From Patescibacteria group bacterium (GTDB taxonomy: Bacteria; Patescibacteriota; Patescibacteriia; UBA9934): 43,882 nt of DNA. Where the stretch lies: positions 853,338 to 897,219 of the forward strand of contig JBAZXR010000001.1 in NCBI GenBank assembly GCA_041659765.1, given 5' to 3'. How positions within the stretch are numbered: position 1 is the stretch's first letter; every line of letters begins with the position of its first letter. The position numbers were made by a program, and so were the translations under genes. Positions 43,358 through 43,882 of the stretch are shown here, one piece after another. The notes under the pieces were generated by a model. That model was not told the origin of the DNA and did not search any database. It saw nothing but the letters and a program-made list of their open reading frames with translations.

Positions 43358-43434
43358 AGTCATCCTGAACGTAGTGAAGGATCTGAATGGTAACCAATCA
43401 GATCCTTCGTCGCTCAGAGCTCCTCAGGATGACT
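43358..43434. repeat. imperfect palindrome of the CATCCTGA-CG-AG-GAAGGATC type, copy 2 of 2
   Basis: AGTCATCCTGAACGTAGTGAAGGATCTGA...TCAGATCCTTCGTCGCTCAGAGCTCCTCAGGATGACT. Confidence 0.7.
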
Positions 43435-43446
43435 GAATAATGCTAC

Positions 43447-43475
43447 TTGAACGAGCGGGCGAGTTGCGGTAAAGT
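43447..43475 (+). promoter_or_regulatory. candidate promoter of the long-hairpin sRNA
   Basis: TTGAAC, 17 nt, TAAAGT. Confidence 0.45.
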
Positions 43476-43481
43476 AAGAGA

Positions 43482-43661
43482 GCTCCCGCTTAGAAGTTGC
43501 GGGGTAAGACGCATCGTTTTCTTGCTATATCTGTGCGTGAACACATTAATGGGGATCGCCCGTTAGTGAAATTTCTCTCTCCTGTTCATGCGCGGGTTTG
43601 GCCAAAATCGTAAACATGATTGCCGTTCTCACCCTGCATCTTCTCAGCGGGAGTTTTGTTT
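43482..43661 (+). ncRNA. candidate ~180-nt sRNA folding into one long irregular hairpin (6S-RNA-like architecture)
   Basis: Hand pairing: 43481-43505 pairs with 43631-43655 (23 of 25 positions, 3 of them G:U). 43531-43543 pairs with 43583-43595 (13 of 13, 4 of them G:U). An irregular region lies between them. The 3' arm is followed by UUUUGUUU. No ORF of 60 aa or more. Confidence 0.4.
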
Positions 43662-43696
43662 GGGCTAAATAAAACACCCCCGGTGCACATCCTGTG

Positions 43697-43725
43697 TTGA
43701 CTCCTTCTGGTTAGTCAGGTACAAT
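43697..43725 (+). promoter_or_regulatory. strong sigma70-type promoter firing toward the right edge
   Basis: TTGACT (43697-43702), 17 nt, TACAAT (43720-43725). About 150 nt of non-coding leader follow before the window ends. Confidence 0.6.
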
Positions 43726-43882
43726 CCCGCGTACGCGCGTCAATTTGACAGGCTATGGTTTAAAACATAGCAAAGCGTAGCGAAAATTCGTAACTCGTCT
43801 GGCATGCAAAACAGCATCCCGGTCACTGTCTCAGGGGCTAAAACCTCTGCCGCGGTGTCCATTCAGCACGAGAACTAAGGAT

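Noticed and set aside
1-43882. Alternative genetic code (UGA as sense, as in some candidate phyla), CRISPR arrays, transposases/IS elements and rRNA genes.
   Set aside because: Conserved genes are uninterrupted under the standard code, and rmuC ends naturally at TGA. No spacer-repeat array, no transposase-like ORF and no rRNA-like sequence was seen.

Overview
This window is about 44 kb of bacterial chromosome using the standard genetic code. TGA, TAA and TAG all end conserved genes. GC is roughly 50% by eye.

Most of it is an information-processing backbone: comM (5' part), lspA, a DksA/TraR zinc finger, pnp, rpsO, a Xer-type recombinase, polA, holA, rpsT, rmuC, ychF, rpsF-ssb-rpsR, epmA-efp, ftsK, a RodZ-like gene, recA, and four tRNAs in two pairs. 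The gene content suggests a small-genome uncultivated lineage (CPR/Patescibacteria-like). That is inference only.

Features the backbone does not explain:
1. A 10.7-kb, five-gene cell-surface fibre locus (19194-29869). Its 1353-aa protein combines 83-aa repeats with two phage-tailspike-type modules, and the locus ends in an O-antigen-ligase/TPR fusion.
2. A 32-nt perfect hairpin repeat sitting in frame inside polA and ftsK, and in another frame inside epmA.
3. A ~125-nt inverted-repeat element directly after the CCA end of two tRNAs.
4. Five perfect DnaA boxes in two AT-rich intergenic regions. One of these regions is an oriC candidate.
5. A ~180-nt long-hairpin sRNA candidate with its own promoter and terminator (6S-like).
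6. Several visibly GC-richer orphan genes wedged between housekeeping genes, each with its own promoter and/or terminator (7272-7681, 10003-10992, 15017-15610, 29929-31285, 32679-34265).

No CRISPR array, transposase or rRNA was seen. All functional calls come from recognising motifs by eye in the translations. No database search or folding program was run.
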